DNA of 64,000 bases from Desulfosudaceae bacterium (GCA_963674745.2 CAXXDV010000001.1:512001-576000); one strand, 5' to 3'. Counted from the stretch's first letter, positions 10,364 through 21,521 are shown. Program-made: numbers and translations. The notes: generated by a model from the sequence alone, not told the origin.

Positions 10364-12439
10364 ATGATGAAAACTGAGCCGGACGTTTTAAACCGGATAA
10401 TGCAGCGTGCAGCCGCAGGCGGGGACGTCTACGAAGCGCTGTTCGCTTTTTATGGTTATCTTCGCCGGATACTGCCCGTCGATCGAATGAGCCTGGTTCA
10501 ATTTGATTTTGACAGGCTTATACTGCGATCTGTTGCCCAGTCCTCTGACACGGGATGTGAAAAAACGAATTTTCAGTTTCATCTGCCCGCTGAAATTGTT
10601 GACCTCATTCAAAATGAAAGTCTGCCACGAGCACACACGATCAATGAACCGGAAATGGATCTGATCGGTAAGAATATAGCCGTAAGGTTTCGTCTTTCGG
10701 ACTGGTCCATGATGAGCATAAGGATTAAGGATCAGGCCGTCGTTTACGGGGCAATTTTTTTTGTAACAAAAGGCCGGAACAAATATACTGAAAATCATAC
10801 CCGCCTGTTAACCGGTCTATATGATAAGCATAAATGGTTTCTTGAGGCTGTAATCAAGGATCATGACGAAACATCGGCCGGGCCCGGACAAAAAGAACCC
10901 ATACCCGGTAAATATGAATACTTCCGTCAGGTCACCCGCCGATTGTGCGGCCATCTTGATCTTGAGGCCGGGGTTTTGCATTGCCTTCAATACCTCAGCC
11001 GGTTTATGCCGGTTGCTACACTTGCCGTTCACAAGCATTATACGGGCCCGGGGGACGACTTTATCGGGGTCAGCCCGAACGGATTTTTCGACTATTTCAA
11101 CCCTGAATTTATGACCCGGTCGACCGAGCACCTGAGCCCATCAGGAAAGACGGATAATCCCAAAGTCACCATCATCAATCAGCCCGAACGCAATCCCGCC
11201 ATGAAACATAATGTAAAACTGTTCGGCCCCAACTGGTCGGCGATTACCATGTTTCTCCAGCACAACAGGGATCCGCTCGGCATGGCTTCGATCATCACCG
11301 AAGGGGAAAACGCCTATACCGAAGAACACCGGCGCCTGTTTGCAATGCTCCATGATCCTTTTGCCCTGGCGCTTTCAAATTACAACAAACATCACGAAAT
11401 CATCCAGCTGAAAAACATCATCGAAGAAGAGAAGAAAGACCTTCAGGAAGAGCTCAAGCGCTCCGGAGCGTATACCATTATCGGCGAAAATTCGGGCCTG
11501 AAATCGGTAATGGAAAACGCCCGCCTTGTCGCCGGGCAGGACAGCCCGGTTTTGCTGACAGGAGAGACCGGTTCCGGCAAGGAAATCATCGCCAATTACA
11601 TCCATCAGCAATCATCGCGAAAGGACGGCCCCTTAATCAAGGTCAATTGCGGCGCCATTCCGGACACGCTGCTGGACAGTGAACTGTTCGGCCATGAAAA
11701 AGGCGCCTTTACGGGTGCAGAGAACCGTAAAATCGGCCGCTTTGAAAGGGCCGACAGAGGGACGATCTTTCTGGATGAAATCGCCGAGCTGTCGCTGCCG
11801 GCCCAGGTCCGCATGCTCCGGGTACTCCAGTATAAGGTTATCGAGCGTGTCGGCGGAACGGAAGCCATACCCGTTGACGTCCGCATCATCGCCGCCACCC
11901 ACCGCAACCTGGAAGCACAGACGGCATCCGGGCAATTCAGGGAAGACCTCTGGTTCCGCCTGAACGTGTTTCCGATCCGGATCCCCCCGTTGCGTTCAAG
12001 AAAGGCGGACATGCCGGACCTGGTCAACTATTTTATCGAAAAAAAATCCCGTGAATTGAAACGCCAGGATCCCCCCCCCCTGTCTCCTGATGCCATGGAA
12101 CGGTTGAGCGCGTATGAATGGCCGGGAAACGTGCGTGAACTGGAGAATGTGGTTGAAAGAGAATTGATTCTAAGCCGGGGAGAAGTACTCACGTTTCAGA
12201 GCATTACCCCCGGGCCGTCAAAAGGCAGTTCTCCGGACACGGCGATTTCCGCTGAGGACTTTTTGAAAATGGATGAGGTCTACGTCCGTCACATTGAAAA
12301 AGTGCTGGCTTATACAAACGGCAAGGTCAGCGGCCCCGGGGGCGCTGCCGAACTGCTGAAAATAAACCCCGCTACCCTGCGAAACCGGATGAAAAAACTG
12401 GGGATCCCCTACGGCTGGGAAAAGGAAAAAACAACCTAA
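10364..12439 (+). CDS. sigma54-dependent activator with two GAF-like domains (paralog)
   Basis: GETGSGKE, GAFTGA, WPGNVREL, HTH; shares FRQVTRRLCGHLDL with 8120-10186. Confidence 0.95.
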   Translation: MMKTEPDVLNRIMQRAAAGGDVYEALFAFYGYLRRILPVDRMSLVQFDFDRLILRSVAQSSDTGCEKTNFQFHLPAEIVDLIQNESLPRAHTINEPEMDLIGKNIAVRFRLSDWSMMSIRIKDQAVVYGAIFFVTKGRNKYTENHTRLLTGLYDKHKWFLEAVIKDHDETSAGPGQKEPIPGKYEYFRQVTRRLCGHLDLEAGVLHCLQYLSRFMPVATLAVHKHYTGPGDDFIGVSPNGFFDYFNPEFMTRSTEHLSPSGKTDNPKVTIINQPERNPAMKHNVKLFGPNWSAITMFLQHNRDPLGMASIITEGENAYTEEHRRLFAMLHDPFALALSNYNKHHEIIQLKNIIEEEKKDLQEELKRSGAYTIIGENSGLKSVMENARLVAGQDSPVLLTGETGSGKEIIANYIHQQSSRKDGPLIKVNCGAIPDTLLDSELFGHEKGAFTGAENRKIGRFERADRGTIFLDEIAELSLPAQVRMLRVLQYKVIERVGGTEAIPVDVRIIAATHRNLEAQTASGQFREDLWFRLNVFPIRIPPLRSRKADMPDLVNYFIEKKSRELKRQDPPPLSPDAMERLSAYEWPGNVRELENVVERELILSRGEVLTFQSITPGPSKGSSPDTAISAEDFLKMDEVYVRHIEKVLAYTNGKVSGPGGAAELLKINPATLRNRMKKLGIPYGWEKEKTT

Positions 12440-13329
12440 TACGCAACATAGGAATCGATCTTCGCTTTGATTTCATCGACATAGTTTTCGTTGTCAATCC
12501 TGATTGCTACCGCGCCCTCCGGGCAGTATGTCTCACACCTGCCGCACCCCCTGCAGACATCAGTATGCACGGCCTTGCCGTCAACAATTTTTATGGCATC
12601 AAAGGGGCAGGTTGCCATACAGGTGCCGCATCCGGTGCACTTATTGTTCACCTCGATGACCAGCCCCTTGATCGGTTCAATGATGCCGTCAAGGTATTTA
12701 CCCGGTACATGCTTATACGATGTCAGAATGCAGCAGCAGGGACAGCAGAAACATATCGCTAACAGTTTTTTCCGGTCAGGGGTCATATAAATGAAATTGT
12801 CGATACTCACCTTGCCGGTCATGGGCACCAGCCCTTCTGCAATACCCTTCTTTACATGTTCACGGGCCTCTTCACGGCTGATCCGCTTGCTTACACCATG
12901 AGGCAGGCTCAGGGCGGTCTCGCCCATAAAGAGGCAGCCGATATTATGGTCATGGGCTTTACATTCGCCGAGAAGGCGGCAACCGCATTCATTCATCCTG
13001 ACAAAAACCGACGCCTTTTCGATAATGTTATAAAGCACCTGTTGGGATAAAACCGTGTTGGGGCCGGATTCAAGGGATTTATTGACCGGCAGGTAGTTGA
13101 TGCAGTTTTTATCCGGATTCAACCAGGGGATTATCCGCCTGAGCCCGGGCACCTTGCCGAGATAGAATATAAATAAAACCGCCTTGAACGGTTTTAATCG
13201 CCTGCCGCTTGAGATGATCCATGAAAGTACTGCCTGCAACGGGTTATCACGGACATGCCGGTTATAATAATCAATGGGTTCAGACTGAAGGGCAAGCCCG
13301 CTGTTCTTTCTTTTCAAGGCGAACTTCAT
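12436..13329 (-). CDS. 4Fe-4S dicluster protein
   Basis: CGCR..C, CFCCPCCC, two CxxCxxCxxxCP motifs. Confidence 0.88.
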   Translation of the reverse strand: MKFALKRKNSGLALQSEPIDYYNRHVRDNPLQAVLSWIISSGRRLKPFKAVLFIFYLGKVPGLRRIIPWLNPDKNCINYLPVNKSLESGPNTVLSQQVLYNIIEKASVFVRMNECGCRLLGECKAHDHNIGCLFMGETALSLPHGVSKRISREEAREHVKKGIAEGLVPMTGKVSIDNFIYMTPDRKKLLAICFCCPCCCILTSYKHVPGKYLDGIIEPIKGLVIEVNNKCTGCGTCMATCPFDAIKIVDGKAVHTDVCRGCGRCETYCPEGAVAIRIDNENYVDEIKAKIDSYVAY

Positions 13330-13555
13330 GGATGGCCCTCCCTTATTTTGAAGACATCTTTTTGGCTGACATTTCCGGTCCCCCCACCTTTATGATGCCC
13401 CGGCTAAACTAAATATCTTACAGTGTTTTCATAATAATATCATAGAAAAAATGATTTTCATTCGACTTTTGTTACCGGCCTGACCGGATAAACCATAATT
13501 GTCCCGGATCGTCATTCCGGGCCACTTTTTTCTGGAGGGCTTCGATAAAACCAGT

Positions 13556-13594
13556 CTGCCGGTTTCCAGTCATAAACGGATGGAAACCGGCAGG
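13556..13594. terminator. hairpin downstream of GH31 gene
   Basis: ctgccggtttcca...tggaaaccggcag. Confidence 0.55.
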
Positions 13595-13628
13595 CGGCAT
13601 GCTCAATCAACCAGGGGCTTTCCCCACT

Positions 13629-15848
13629 CTAAAAAGGCGTTTCCCCGCACCTGAAGAAATAGGGCAGAACATCCAAGGGCGCATCAACGGTTACCGTCTG
13701 CCCGCCCTGGTACACATCGTTTGTCATCATATACTGCCAGCATCCTTCCGGTAACTTTACTGATTTGGTGCGTTTTCCTCTGTCCAATACCGGTGCCACC
13801 AGAACTTTTTCCCCCAGCATAAATTGCCCCATTTCATTGCCAAATCGATCATCGTCCGGAAAGGCCAGCCACATCGGCCGCCACAGCGGCATGCCGGTTG
13901 CGGCCGCGGTTTGCCAGAGTGTATTCATATAAGGCAGGGCTTTCTTTCTTAAGGCAAGCACAGACTTGAAAATATGTACGGTCTCATCATCATAGGACCA
14001 GGGTGTTTTAAGTGCTGTGAAAGGGGAGTTATGAAGTCTGAAGACGGATATAAATGTTGCCAGCTGGGTCCAGCGGATAAAAAGCTCTTTATTGGCAACA
14101 CCGTAGAGGTCCCAATATCCGCCGATATCTGTTGACGCATTATAGGCGCCGCCCAGGCCCCGGTTGAGGATGTCCGGTAGTACCGACTTAATGCCGGTGT
14201 CGGCATCCCAGGATTGGGTATTGTCCCCGAGAAACTGAGCGCTTTCGTAGGCCGGCGAGCCGGGTCGCCCGGTATAATTGGCGCGGGTAAAAAAGAAAAT
14301 GTCCCGCCCCGGATGGGCCTGCTCGTAGGCATCAACAATCCGGGCGGTTTCTTTATCGCCCAGGACCGGCAGCCTGTTATGCATGCTGCGTCCGGTTTCA
14401 CCATTATAGAAATGCATGTCAGGCCGGACCTGTTCGCCAAAGTCAAACATAAAACCGTCGCTGCCCAGATCCAGCATACGGGTCACCCGCTGTTCCCACC
14501 AGTCGAGGGCAAAGGGATTGGTATAATCCGTCACGCTTGTCGGTGCCATGAGTACCGGGTAGGCGTAGGGCGAACCGTCATCCCGGGTCGGCATATAACC
14601 ATTGTCGTATGCCTGGTAATAAATTTCCGGGTCTTCTGTGTTCAAAGAATCATCGGTTAACATCATCCGCATATAAGTTAACGGTTTTATATCCAGACGA
14701 TCGAGCTCTGCCAGCAACCGGTCCAGTTCTCCTTTGGTAAGATTGGCAGAAGACGCCCAGGCCTCGATAAGGTATCCACTCGTATCGATCTCCAGTTCCG
14801 TTAACTTCTGTAAATGCGCCATGGCATCCTTGAAATAAGCCCCGGGTTGGGCGTCACCAATTAACGTTATCGGCGACCGCTGAGCAAATATTAACCCTTT
14901 GGCCCAATCGGGAATCGCGCGGTGACGACCATTAATGGCCGTTATACTTGCTATATTATGCTTGTAATCCCCGGCACTCACGACAAAAGCGGCGCTGTTG
15001 GAAGATACATTCACCTTCCAGGCATCATCTCGGTCATTGCCCATATAGAACCTTGCCAGTTCACTGTTTTCAAGCAGAAAAGCGTAATCTTCCGAAGAAT
15101 AGAACAGCGCCTGCGGCCCATAGGCACGGGAAAGAGAGTATTTGTCCACTATAGCGTTCTGTGCCATGGCGTCCATGGTCCATGAGTAGAGCGCATTGCC
15201 TTTTTGATCCAGTGTCCCGCGACGTCCCCCGAAGCCATAAAAGGATTCATCACGGGCGCTTTTAAAAGCGAAGCTGATATTTTGTGCCCGTGCGTCATTT
15301 ACCGTGGCAGTAACCCGCATGGCTTTCACGCCTGATGGATCCGGTTCAACCAGGACGTCGACCGTTGTGTTGTTTCTGGTGGTTTCTAATTTGAACAACT
15401 TCCCGTTACCCGAATCGCGCACCTCGATTACGTCCGTGGCAAAATAGAGTTTCGTGTCGCGATAGACCTGCATCGGTTCGACAAAGAGCAAGTCGATAAA
15501 ATCAAAGGTTTCAGGGCCGCCGATTTCAAAGTGCAAAGGGTGATAGCTGTCGCAGATGACCGGTGGGAAAGACCAGAACTCTCCCATCAAGTCGGGTTCG
15601 CAGTAATGGCAATCCGGATTTAAAATGGGGGTATTGCTGTCAATCGAAGCCAACACGGTCCGCCCGCCACCGTCTTTAATGAGAAGGCGAAACGGCCCGG
15701 TTTCTACCACAGCGGATACGTTATTACCGGACACCACATATTGCGGATCTAAAGAAGGCTCCGGCGGCGGCGGCGCAAAGGCAAACAGTTGTGGCGTGAA
15801 AATCGACAAACAAAAAAGTGCTGAAAAAATTATGTTGAACCGTTTCAT
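13629..15848 (-). CDS. secreted glycoside hydrolase family 31
   Basis: DYTNP, GFMFDFGE nucleophile, GDN acid/base, DIGGY, ELFIRW, LVAPV; signal peptide then APPPPEP. Confidence 0.9.
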   Translation of the reverse strand: MKRFNIIFSALFCLSIFTPQLFAFAPPPPEPSLDPQYVVSGNNVSAVVETGPFRLLIKDGGGRTVLASIDSNTPILNPDCHYCEPDLMGEFWSFPPVICDSYHPLHFEIGGPETFDFIDLLFVEPMQVYRDTKLYFATDVIEVRDSGNGKLFKLETTRNNTTVDVLVEPDPSGVKAMRVTATVNDARAQNISFAFKSARDESFYGFGGRRGTLDQKGNALYSWTMDAMAQNAIVDKYSLSRAYGPQALFYSSEDYAFLLENSELARFYMGNDRDDAWKVNVSSNSAAFVVSAGDYKHNIASITAINGRHRAIPDWAKGLIFAQRSPITLIGDAQPGAYFKDAMAHLQKLTELEIDTSGYLIEAWASSANLTKGELDRLLAELDRLDIKPLTYMRMMLTDDSLNTEDPEIYYQAYDNGYMPTRDDGSPYAYPVLMAPTSVTDYTNPFALDWWEQRVTRMLDLGSDGFMFDFGEQVRPDMHFYNGETGRSMHNRLPVLGDKETARIVDAYEQAHPGRDIFFFTRANYTGRPGSPAYESAQFLGDNTQSWDADTGIKSVLPDILNRGLGGAYNASTDIGGYWDLYGVANKELFIRWTQLATFISVFRLHNSPFTALKTPWSYDDETVHIFKSVLALRKKALPYMNTLWQTAAATGMPLWRPMWLAFPDDDRFGNEMGQFMLGEKVLVAPVLDRGKRTKSVKLPEGCWQYMMTNDVYQGGQTVTVDAPLDVLPYFFRCGETPF

Positions 15849-15987
15849 TCCATACGCTCCTTTGTAATTGCGTTTAACACCATCAGGCAACCCTATCTCC
15901 TCCTTACCTGATCTGCTTAATCTCGATATACCGGTATAAAAACGATTGTTCCTTGACTATTTTGACAATAATTAGCATTATCCTCAC

Positions 15988-16884
15988 ATGGCACTACAAG
16001 CATTCGGAAAAAACCTTTTTTTTCTCGACAACTATCCGATCAATGTATTCAAGGTGGGACCGCCCTATCTTTTTCTGAAACGCCCTGATTTGGATTTCAC
16101 CAAGCAGCAGCATTATCATGATTTTTCAGAACTGGTCATTGTCACCGAAGGGACCGGCCTGCATTGGGTGGAGGGGTTTGAATTTCATGTATCGGCCGGG
16201 GATGTGTTTTTAATCCAGGGGGAGCAGCAGCATTTTTTTAAAGAACTCAACGGCTTAACGTTGTATAATGTGATGTATCAACCGGACAGACTTCAGCTAC
16301 CCTTAAAAGAGCTGAAGAAAATCCCGGGATTTAACGCGGTTTTTGTGCTGGAACCGGCCTATCGCCAAAAGCACAATTTTAAAAGCCGCCTTCACCTGGA
16401 TCGCTCCGCACTGGCTAAAGCGCAGCAGATTCTGCATCAGATGGGGCGGGAGATAAAGTCTCTGGATTCCGGTTTTGAGATCTCTCTTTTCGGTAACCTG
16501 GTCCAGCTGCTTGTGTTTCTGTCCCGCCAATACGCTAAAGCGCCGCAGACAGAACAGGGGCAGGCGATTCTTCGTATTGCCGAAGTTATCGGTGCGCTTG
16601 AAAAGGAATATGCAACTCCCTGGAAGCTTTCAGATCTGGCTGATCTTGCCCGCATGTCCGAGGGGAATCTGCATCGCGTCTTCAAGGAGGCTACCGGGCA
16701 GTCACCCATAGATTATTTAGTCCGGTTGCGGATGCACCGGGCCATGGAGCTGTTGTCCGGGACGACCTTATCGGTAACAGAAATCGCCTTTGACGTGGGT
16801 TTCAACGACAGCAACTATTTTACACGGCAATTCAGAAAAATTGTGGGAATGTCTCCTTCCAGCTACAGAGGATCTACATCATAA
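15988..16884 (+). CDS. AraC-family regulator (RhaR/RhaS-like), divergent from GH31
   Basis: HYHDFSE cupin region, IAFDVGFNDSNYFTRQFRK HTH. Confidence 0.92.
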   Translation: MALQAFGKNLFFLDNYPINVFKVGPPYLFLKRPDLDFTKQQHYHDFSELVIVTEGTGLHWVEGFEFHVSAGDVFLIQGEQQHFFKELNGLTLYNVMYQPDRLQLPLKELKKIPGFNAVFVLEPAYRQKHNFKSRLHLDRSALAKAQQILHQMGREIKSLDSGFEISLFGNLVQLLVFLSRQYAKAPQTEQGQAILRIAEVIGALEKEYATPWKLSDLADLARMSEGNLHRVFKEATGQSPIDYLVRLRMHRAMELLSGTTLSVTEIAFDVGFNDSNYFTRQFRKIVGMSPSSYRGSTS

Positions 16885-16912
16885 CCGTTCCCGGGGGCGG
16901 CGGCCGTGTCGA

Positions 16913-18501
16913 TCAGGCCTTTTCCGGTGAGAAAACACGGGGTCTTATTAAAATAACGATGCAAAGAAGAGCACAGAGCAAAGCAAACACGTCACCGTAG
17001 CGACAATAAAATGTCTTCCGCTTTTCCAACGGAAGCCGGTACAGGCTGATGCCTTCGGTAAAGGTCGGCAGCTGGTCGATGATCCGGCCCGAAACATCTA
17101 TGAAACCCGATATACCCGTATTGGCGGCCCGCGCCAGGGGACGGCGGTTTTCAACACATCTGAAGACCGCCATGGCAAAGTGCTGGTAGTGGGCGCTGGT
17201 GGGGCCGAACCACGAGTCATTGGAAATGTTGATCAGATAGTCCGCGCCTTCGTTAACAAAACCCCGTGCAAGCTGTGGAAAAATGACTTCAACACATACC
17301 AGGGAACCGCAGGCGCCGGCCGGGGTGTCAAAAAGCGTATACCTTGTGCCGGCCGTGTACTGCCGGGGGGCTGCATACCGGAGCCTGAGCACATCGACAA
17401 ACCCCAGGGGGAAGAATTCGCCGAAAGGCAGTAAATGCAGCTTGTCGTGGTATGCCTTGATACCGTCTCCATCGATATAGAAGGCGGTATTATAAAAACG
17501 ATAGTTCCCTTTTTTACCGCTGTAGCGGGGGCCTCCGGTTATCAGCTCCGCATTATGGGTGCGCAGCAGGTTCAGCAGATTTGCCGGGATTCTGTCCTGC
17601 AGGTAAAAAGGCACCGTTGTTTCCGGCCAGATAACCAGCCGCGCACCCCGGGCAAGCGCCGTCTCTGTCATCCGAAGGTGTCGGGACATGATTTCGCCCG
17701 TGTTTTCTTTTCTCCATTTGCTGTCCTGCGGGGTGTTGCCCTGGATAACCGCAACCGTGGCTGTTGATCCGGCAACGGCTTCCGGCTGATGGAGCGGGTA
17801 TTGCCACAGGCGAATGCTTCCATAAAGGATAACTGCCAGCACAGCGGCCAGCGCGGGCAGCATGCGCTTGAAGCACAGGCGTTTATCCGGCAGGCAGGTA
17901 CAGGCGCTATACAGCGTGCCGCTGGTAAAAACAATCAGGAAAGACAGGCCGTAGACGCCGGCAATGTCTGCCGCCTGGATCAGCGGCAGCACCCTGTACT
18001 GAGAATGCCCGAGCAGGCACCAGGGCATGCCGCTCAGCAGGTTGGCGCGGCAGTACTCCATAACGACCCAGAGGCCGGCCAGCCCGGCAGCCTGCACAAA
18101 AGGGGATGGGCATCGCTGAAGCACCCTGCCGGCCGCGGCACCGTAAAAGGCAAAGAAAATCCCGATCAAGGCGCCATTGATGACCAGCAAAAACAGCAGG
18201 CTGACGGCAAAGCCGGCATTGCCGTAAACCTTAAGGCATAGAACACCCAGTATGAAACGCCGATCGAGATCAGGGCCCCGTAAAGCCATCCCAGCAAAAA
18301 GGCCCTTCTGGTGCCTGCCCTGGAAATGGCATACCAGAACGGTATTGCCTGGACCCAGGCAAGAACCCAGAGCCCGGTCCGTGGAAACGCCAGCACCTGC
18401 AACAAGGCAGCCAGGCAGACCAGCAGAATGTGTTTTAACCGGGAACCGCGTTCCTGTATGGGGTCTGGTACGGACTTCTTTCTCTTTTTGGATTTCGCCA
18501 T
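16913..18501 (-). pseudogene. lnt: apolipoprotein N-acyltransferase, frameshifted near 18230
   Basis: WPET, K..LLPFGEF, CVE, NDSWF, RAANTGIS; N-terminus (LAFP...GWLYG...YW) lies in another frame. Confidence 0.85.
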
Positions 18502-18626
18502 AAAACTGAACTGGAAATATCAATTAAAAACATTTGATACAAGTACCATCATTGCGTTATGATTACGACTATAAAAAAAAATAACGCAATATATTTTTTT
18601 ACCCTGCCTTAAAAGGAAATGAATTT

Positions 18627-18854
18627 ATGGCTGATAAACCGGGAAAAGTCGAACACTATGATAAGCAGTTTGGCATAATCGCTATTGAAAAAGGATACAT
18701 TTCTGCTGAGAACCTGATCGGTGGCCTGAAAACTCAGGTTGAAGAAGACATCCAGAACAATACACACCGCTTGATAGGTGAAATCCTGGTGGACAAAGGG
18801 CACATGACGCTTTCTCAGGTTAATGACGTCATTGCCGAAATGTTTCCAGGCTGA
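18627..18854 (+). CDS. small MshEN-like protein
   Basis: FGIIAIEKGYIS...LKTQ and RLIGEILVDKGHMT...QV repeats. Confidence 0.65.
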   Translation: MADKPGKVEHYDKQFGIIAIEKGYISAENLIGGLKTQVEEDIQNNTHRLIGEILVDKGHMTLSQVNDVIAEMFPG

Positions 18855-19028
18855 GCCTTGACTTTATTGTTCCGTCGCTTTTGTATCTTCCTGATTGACA
18901 ATATCGAGCGACGCCACAACGAAAAGCAGAACGGAATCCAGCGCTATCCGCTCTCCGGAACCGATCGCGCCATAAACAAGCCCAAAAGGCACGTCCCGGG
19001 TTAGCTGTCGCAGGCGGGGGATGTTCTT

Positions 19029-20444
19029 TTAATCTGTTTGTGCCCTGTATTCCGCAAGCGCCTTTTGTATTCGATCTAAAAGGTCTTTAGGGAAAAGTTT
19101 TCCGCCCAGTTTTTGCTGAACCGCCTTTCCCGCCTTTTCAAGGGCCTGCCGGTCCTCGGATGAGAAGGTCAGGACTTTCATTCCGCATTTGGTTTCAAAG
19201 GCTTTCAGACTTTTTTCTTCGTAGCTTCTGATCCGTCGGTTCCATTCGGTTTCAAACGAGTTGAGTTCGGAGACAAACAGTTCCATTACATTGTCGGCGT
19301 AAATTCTGGACACGCCCAGCTGGCTGCGAATCCGGTCTACTAATGTGGACCTGATCAGAACAGCACCCGGAGAATAGAGAATCGGCGGTTTGATGTAAAA
19401 ATTCGAGTACTGGTAGGCCTGCATACCCAGCATCCAGGCCGCAGGAGACATATTAACGTTTATCTGGCCCGTGCTGAGGGCCGCAACCGTATCAGGAACA
19501 GCCACCGTTATCGGGTTAATACCCAGTTCCTGATAAAACGCCGTCTCCATGGCACCGAACCACATCGCAACATTCTGTTTTCTGATGTCAGCCAGACCGA
19601 CCGCCTTGTTTACTGAAAACCAGTAACAGTTACCGGTATCGATAAGCGCCCCCAGAATGTAGCCGTTTTTTTCAAAAGCCCGGTCAAATGTTTTTCTGAA
19701 TTTTTTACAGATGTAATCAACTTCATCATAATCATTAAACAAACCGGGCAGCATCAGAACCGAGATATCGGATGATCCTTCCATCAGCCCCACGGCGGTG
19801 CAGCCGCAACTGTCAAGCCGGTCTTCACCCATCTTTCTTAAAACATCTGTATCCTCTCCCATGACACCGCCGCCGTATATCTTTACCAGGAATTTTCCGC
19901 CGGACAGGTTCTCGATCCTCGGCAGGATCATGGTTTCGGGTACGTTCAGCCAGGGCGTGCCCGGAGGGGCGAGGGAGGCTATTGTAAACACGATGGGATC
20001 ATTCGCTTTCATGGCAGTCGGCACTGCCCGCCAAACAATTTTTTTGGCCGCCGGCCACTCCATATGGGGAGAAAAAAGCGCGTTAAAACGTTCGGGCACG
20101 ACATTTAAAATATAACGGGAGGTCATTTGCCGGTCAATTATTGACAGAAAAACTTCTTCCATCATGGTTTCAAACGCAGTCTCGCCCATTGATCCGTTGG
20201 CCAGCATGTTTATCATGGTCTGCTGGCGCTGCTCGAGTGCCGGGCCAAATTCCTGACCGGTCCACAATGCCAGAAGGCTGTCCTGCAGTATGCTCTGAAA
20301 TCTGTCGCGGTCGGCGTCAGCGGCTGTAACGGTCAAGGTGTGCGCTAAAACTAGAAATATAATGATCAGGCAGGGCAATATCCGCAACCGTTTATTCAAA
20401 GCACCCGCATTTAAAAAGGCCATAGCCCTGTTCCCTTCCGGCAT
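19029..20444 (-). CDS. TRAP DctP-family substrate-binding protein with N-terminal extension
   Basis: SLAPPGTPW, YGGGVMGED, ALSTGQIN; signal peptide; start uncertain. Confidence 0.85.
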   Translation of the reverse strand: MPEGNRAMAFLNAGALNKRLRILPCLIIIFLVLAHTLTVTAADADRDRFQSILQDSLLALWTGQEFGPALEQRQQTMINMLANGSMGETAFETMMEEVFLSIIDRQMTSRYILNVVPERFNALFSPHMEWPAAKKIVWRAVPTAMKANDPIVFTIASLAPPGTPWLNVPETMILPRIENLSGGKFLVKIYGGGVMGEDTDVLRKMGEDRLDSCGCTAVGLMEGSSDISVLMLPGLFNDYDEVDYICKKFRKTFDRAFEKNGYILGALIDTGNCYWFSVNKAVGLADIRKQNVAMWFGAMETAFYQELGINPITVAVPDTVAALSTGQINVNMSPAAWMLGMQAYQYSNFYIKPPILYSPGAVLIRSTLVDRIRSQLGVSRIYADNVMELFVSELNSFETEWNRRIRSYEEKSLKAFETKCGMKVLTFSSEDRQALEKAGKAVQQKLGGKLFPKDLLDRIQKALAEYRAQTD

Positions 20445-20602
20445 ATTAATTGTTCGTTATGATAAGGTTTGATTGTGCCTTTCCCGCCAAATCGGATCGA
20501 AAAAAACCAGGAAATTGCTTTTATGCTTTTATAACTTAAAATTCTAGCATGGACTGATTTGTGTGGCAACATTACGGTTATCTACGGTTATCTGCCGGAT
20601 CG

Positions 20603-21493
20603 TTATTTCCGCTTTTCATTAACAGGCCTTGCTCCCCCGTCAGGCCGTATTTCATAGATCAGCCCGTTTAAGGTGTTGGATACAAACACCTTATCCTTTG
20701 AGTCAATGGTGATATTATCTGTACCGAAGCAAGCCGTCGCTACCCGTTCCTTGTCTCCGGCTACAGGATCAATTTTCCAGATATTTCCGGGGAATGTGGC
20801 GGCATACAGTTCTCCTTTTGAATTAAATTTTACCCCTGCCACCAAAGGCAAATCCGCAATTACCGTTTTAATATCCGTTTCAAGCGCTGCTGTGGCCGGG
20901 TTGTCCGCATCGACATTGGTGGAAACAATTTTTCCGGCCCGGTTCAAGGCCGTATACAAACGGCCGTCCGGGCCGAAATCCGATCCATTAAATTGCCCCT
21001 TGGGCCCGGAGATCAGGCGGGGCGGCTTTTTCAAATTTCGATCAACTTCATATAAAGCATCTCCTAAAACGGCCATTCCAACAAAAACCCTGCCGTCCTT
21101 TGAGATCGCGATTGAGTTTACCCCGGTTGAAATATGCTGTTTGGTAACCCCGCCATTGGCATCACGGCGGCAAATATTGCCCTGCAGAATATCCGTATAA
21201 TAAATGTCGCCATTGGGGGCGAATTCCACATCATCGGGACCATCAACACCTTCTTGTTCTCCCAGGGTTTTTAAAACCGCACCGGTTCCGGTATCCAAAA
21301 CATGTATAGCACCGCCAAAAACGGAAGCAACATGAAGCCGGTCATTCCTGTCAAAACAAATGCCGTTTGCCCCCCCTTTTATGCCCGGTGCCAGAAACAA
21401 GACATAAACAAATGTTGCTATTATCAGGAGGGCCGCAACTCCCGCCAAAAGAGCAAAAGACAAAATTAAAAATTTAATCAACTTTTTAAACAT
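20603..21493 (-). CDS. membrane-anchored SMP-30/gluconolactonase-like beta-propeller
   Basis: N-terminal TM helix; ANGICFD, PDDVEF, NGSDFGPDG, DNITID blades. Confidence 0.75.
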   Translation of the reverse strand: MFKKLIKFLILSFALLAGVAALLIIATFVYVLFLAPGIKGGANGICFDRNDRLHVASVFGGAIHVLDTGTGAVLKTLGEQEGVDGPDDVEFAPNGDIYYTDILQGNICRRDANGGVTKQHISTGVNSIAISKDGRVFVGMAVLGDALYEVDRNLKKPPRLISGPKGQFNGSDFGPDGRLYTALNRAGKIVSTNVDADNPATAALETDIKTVIADLPLVAGVKFNSKGELYAATFPGNIWKIDPVAGDKERVATACFGTDNITIDSKDKVFVSNTLNGLIYEIRPDGGARPVNEKRK

Positions 21494-21521
21494 GTTGTCC
21501 TCACTCCCATTTGACTTGATT

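Noticed and set aside
6071..13541. Shared tctggagggct at ~6078 and ~13531
   Set aside because: Too short, only two copies, no consistent context
13629..15848. Sulfoquinovosidase yihQ
   Set aside because: Sulfonate-binding residues are not recognisable and there are no sulfoglycolysis genes nearby
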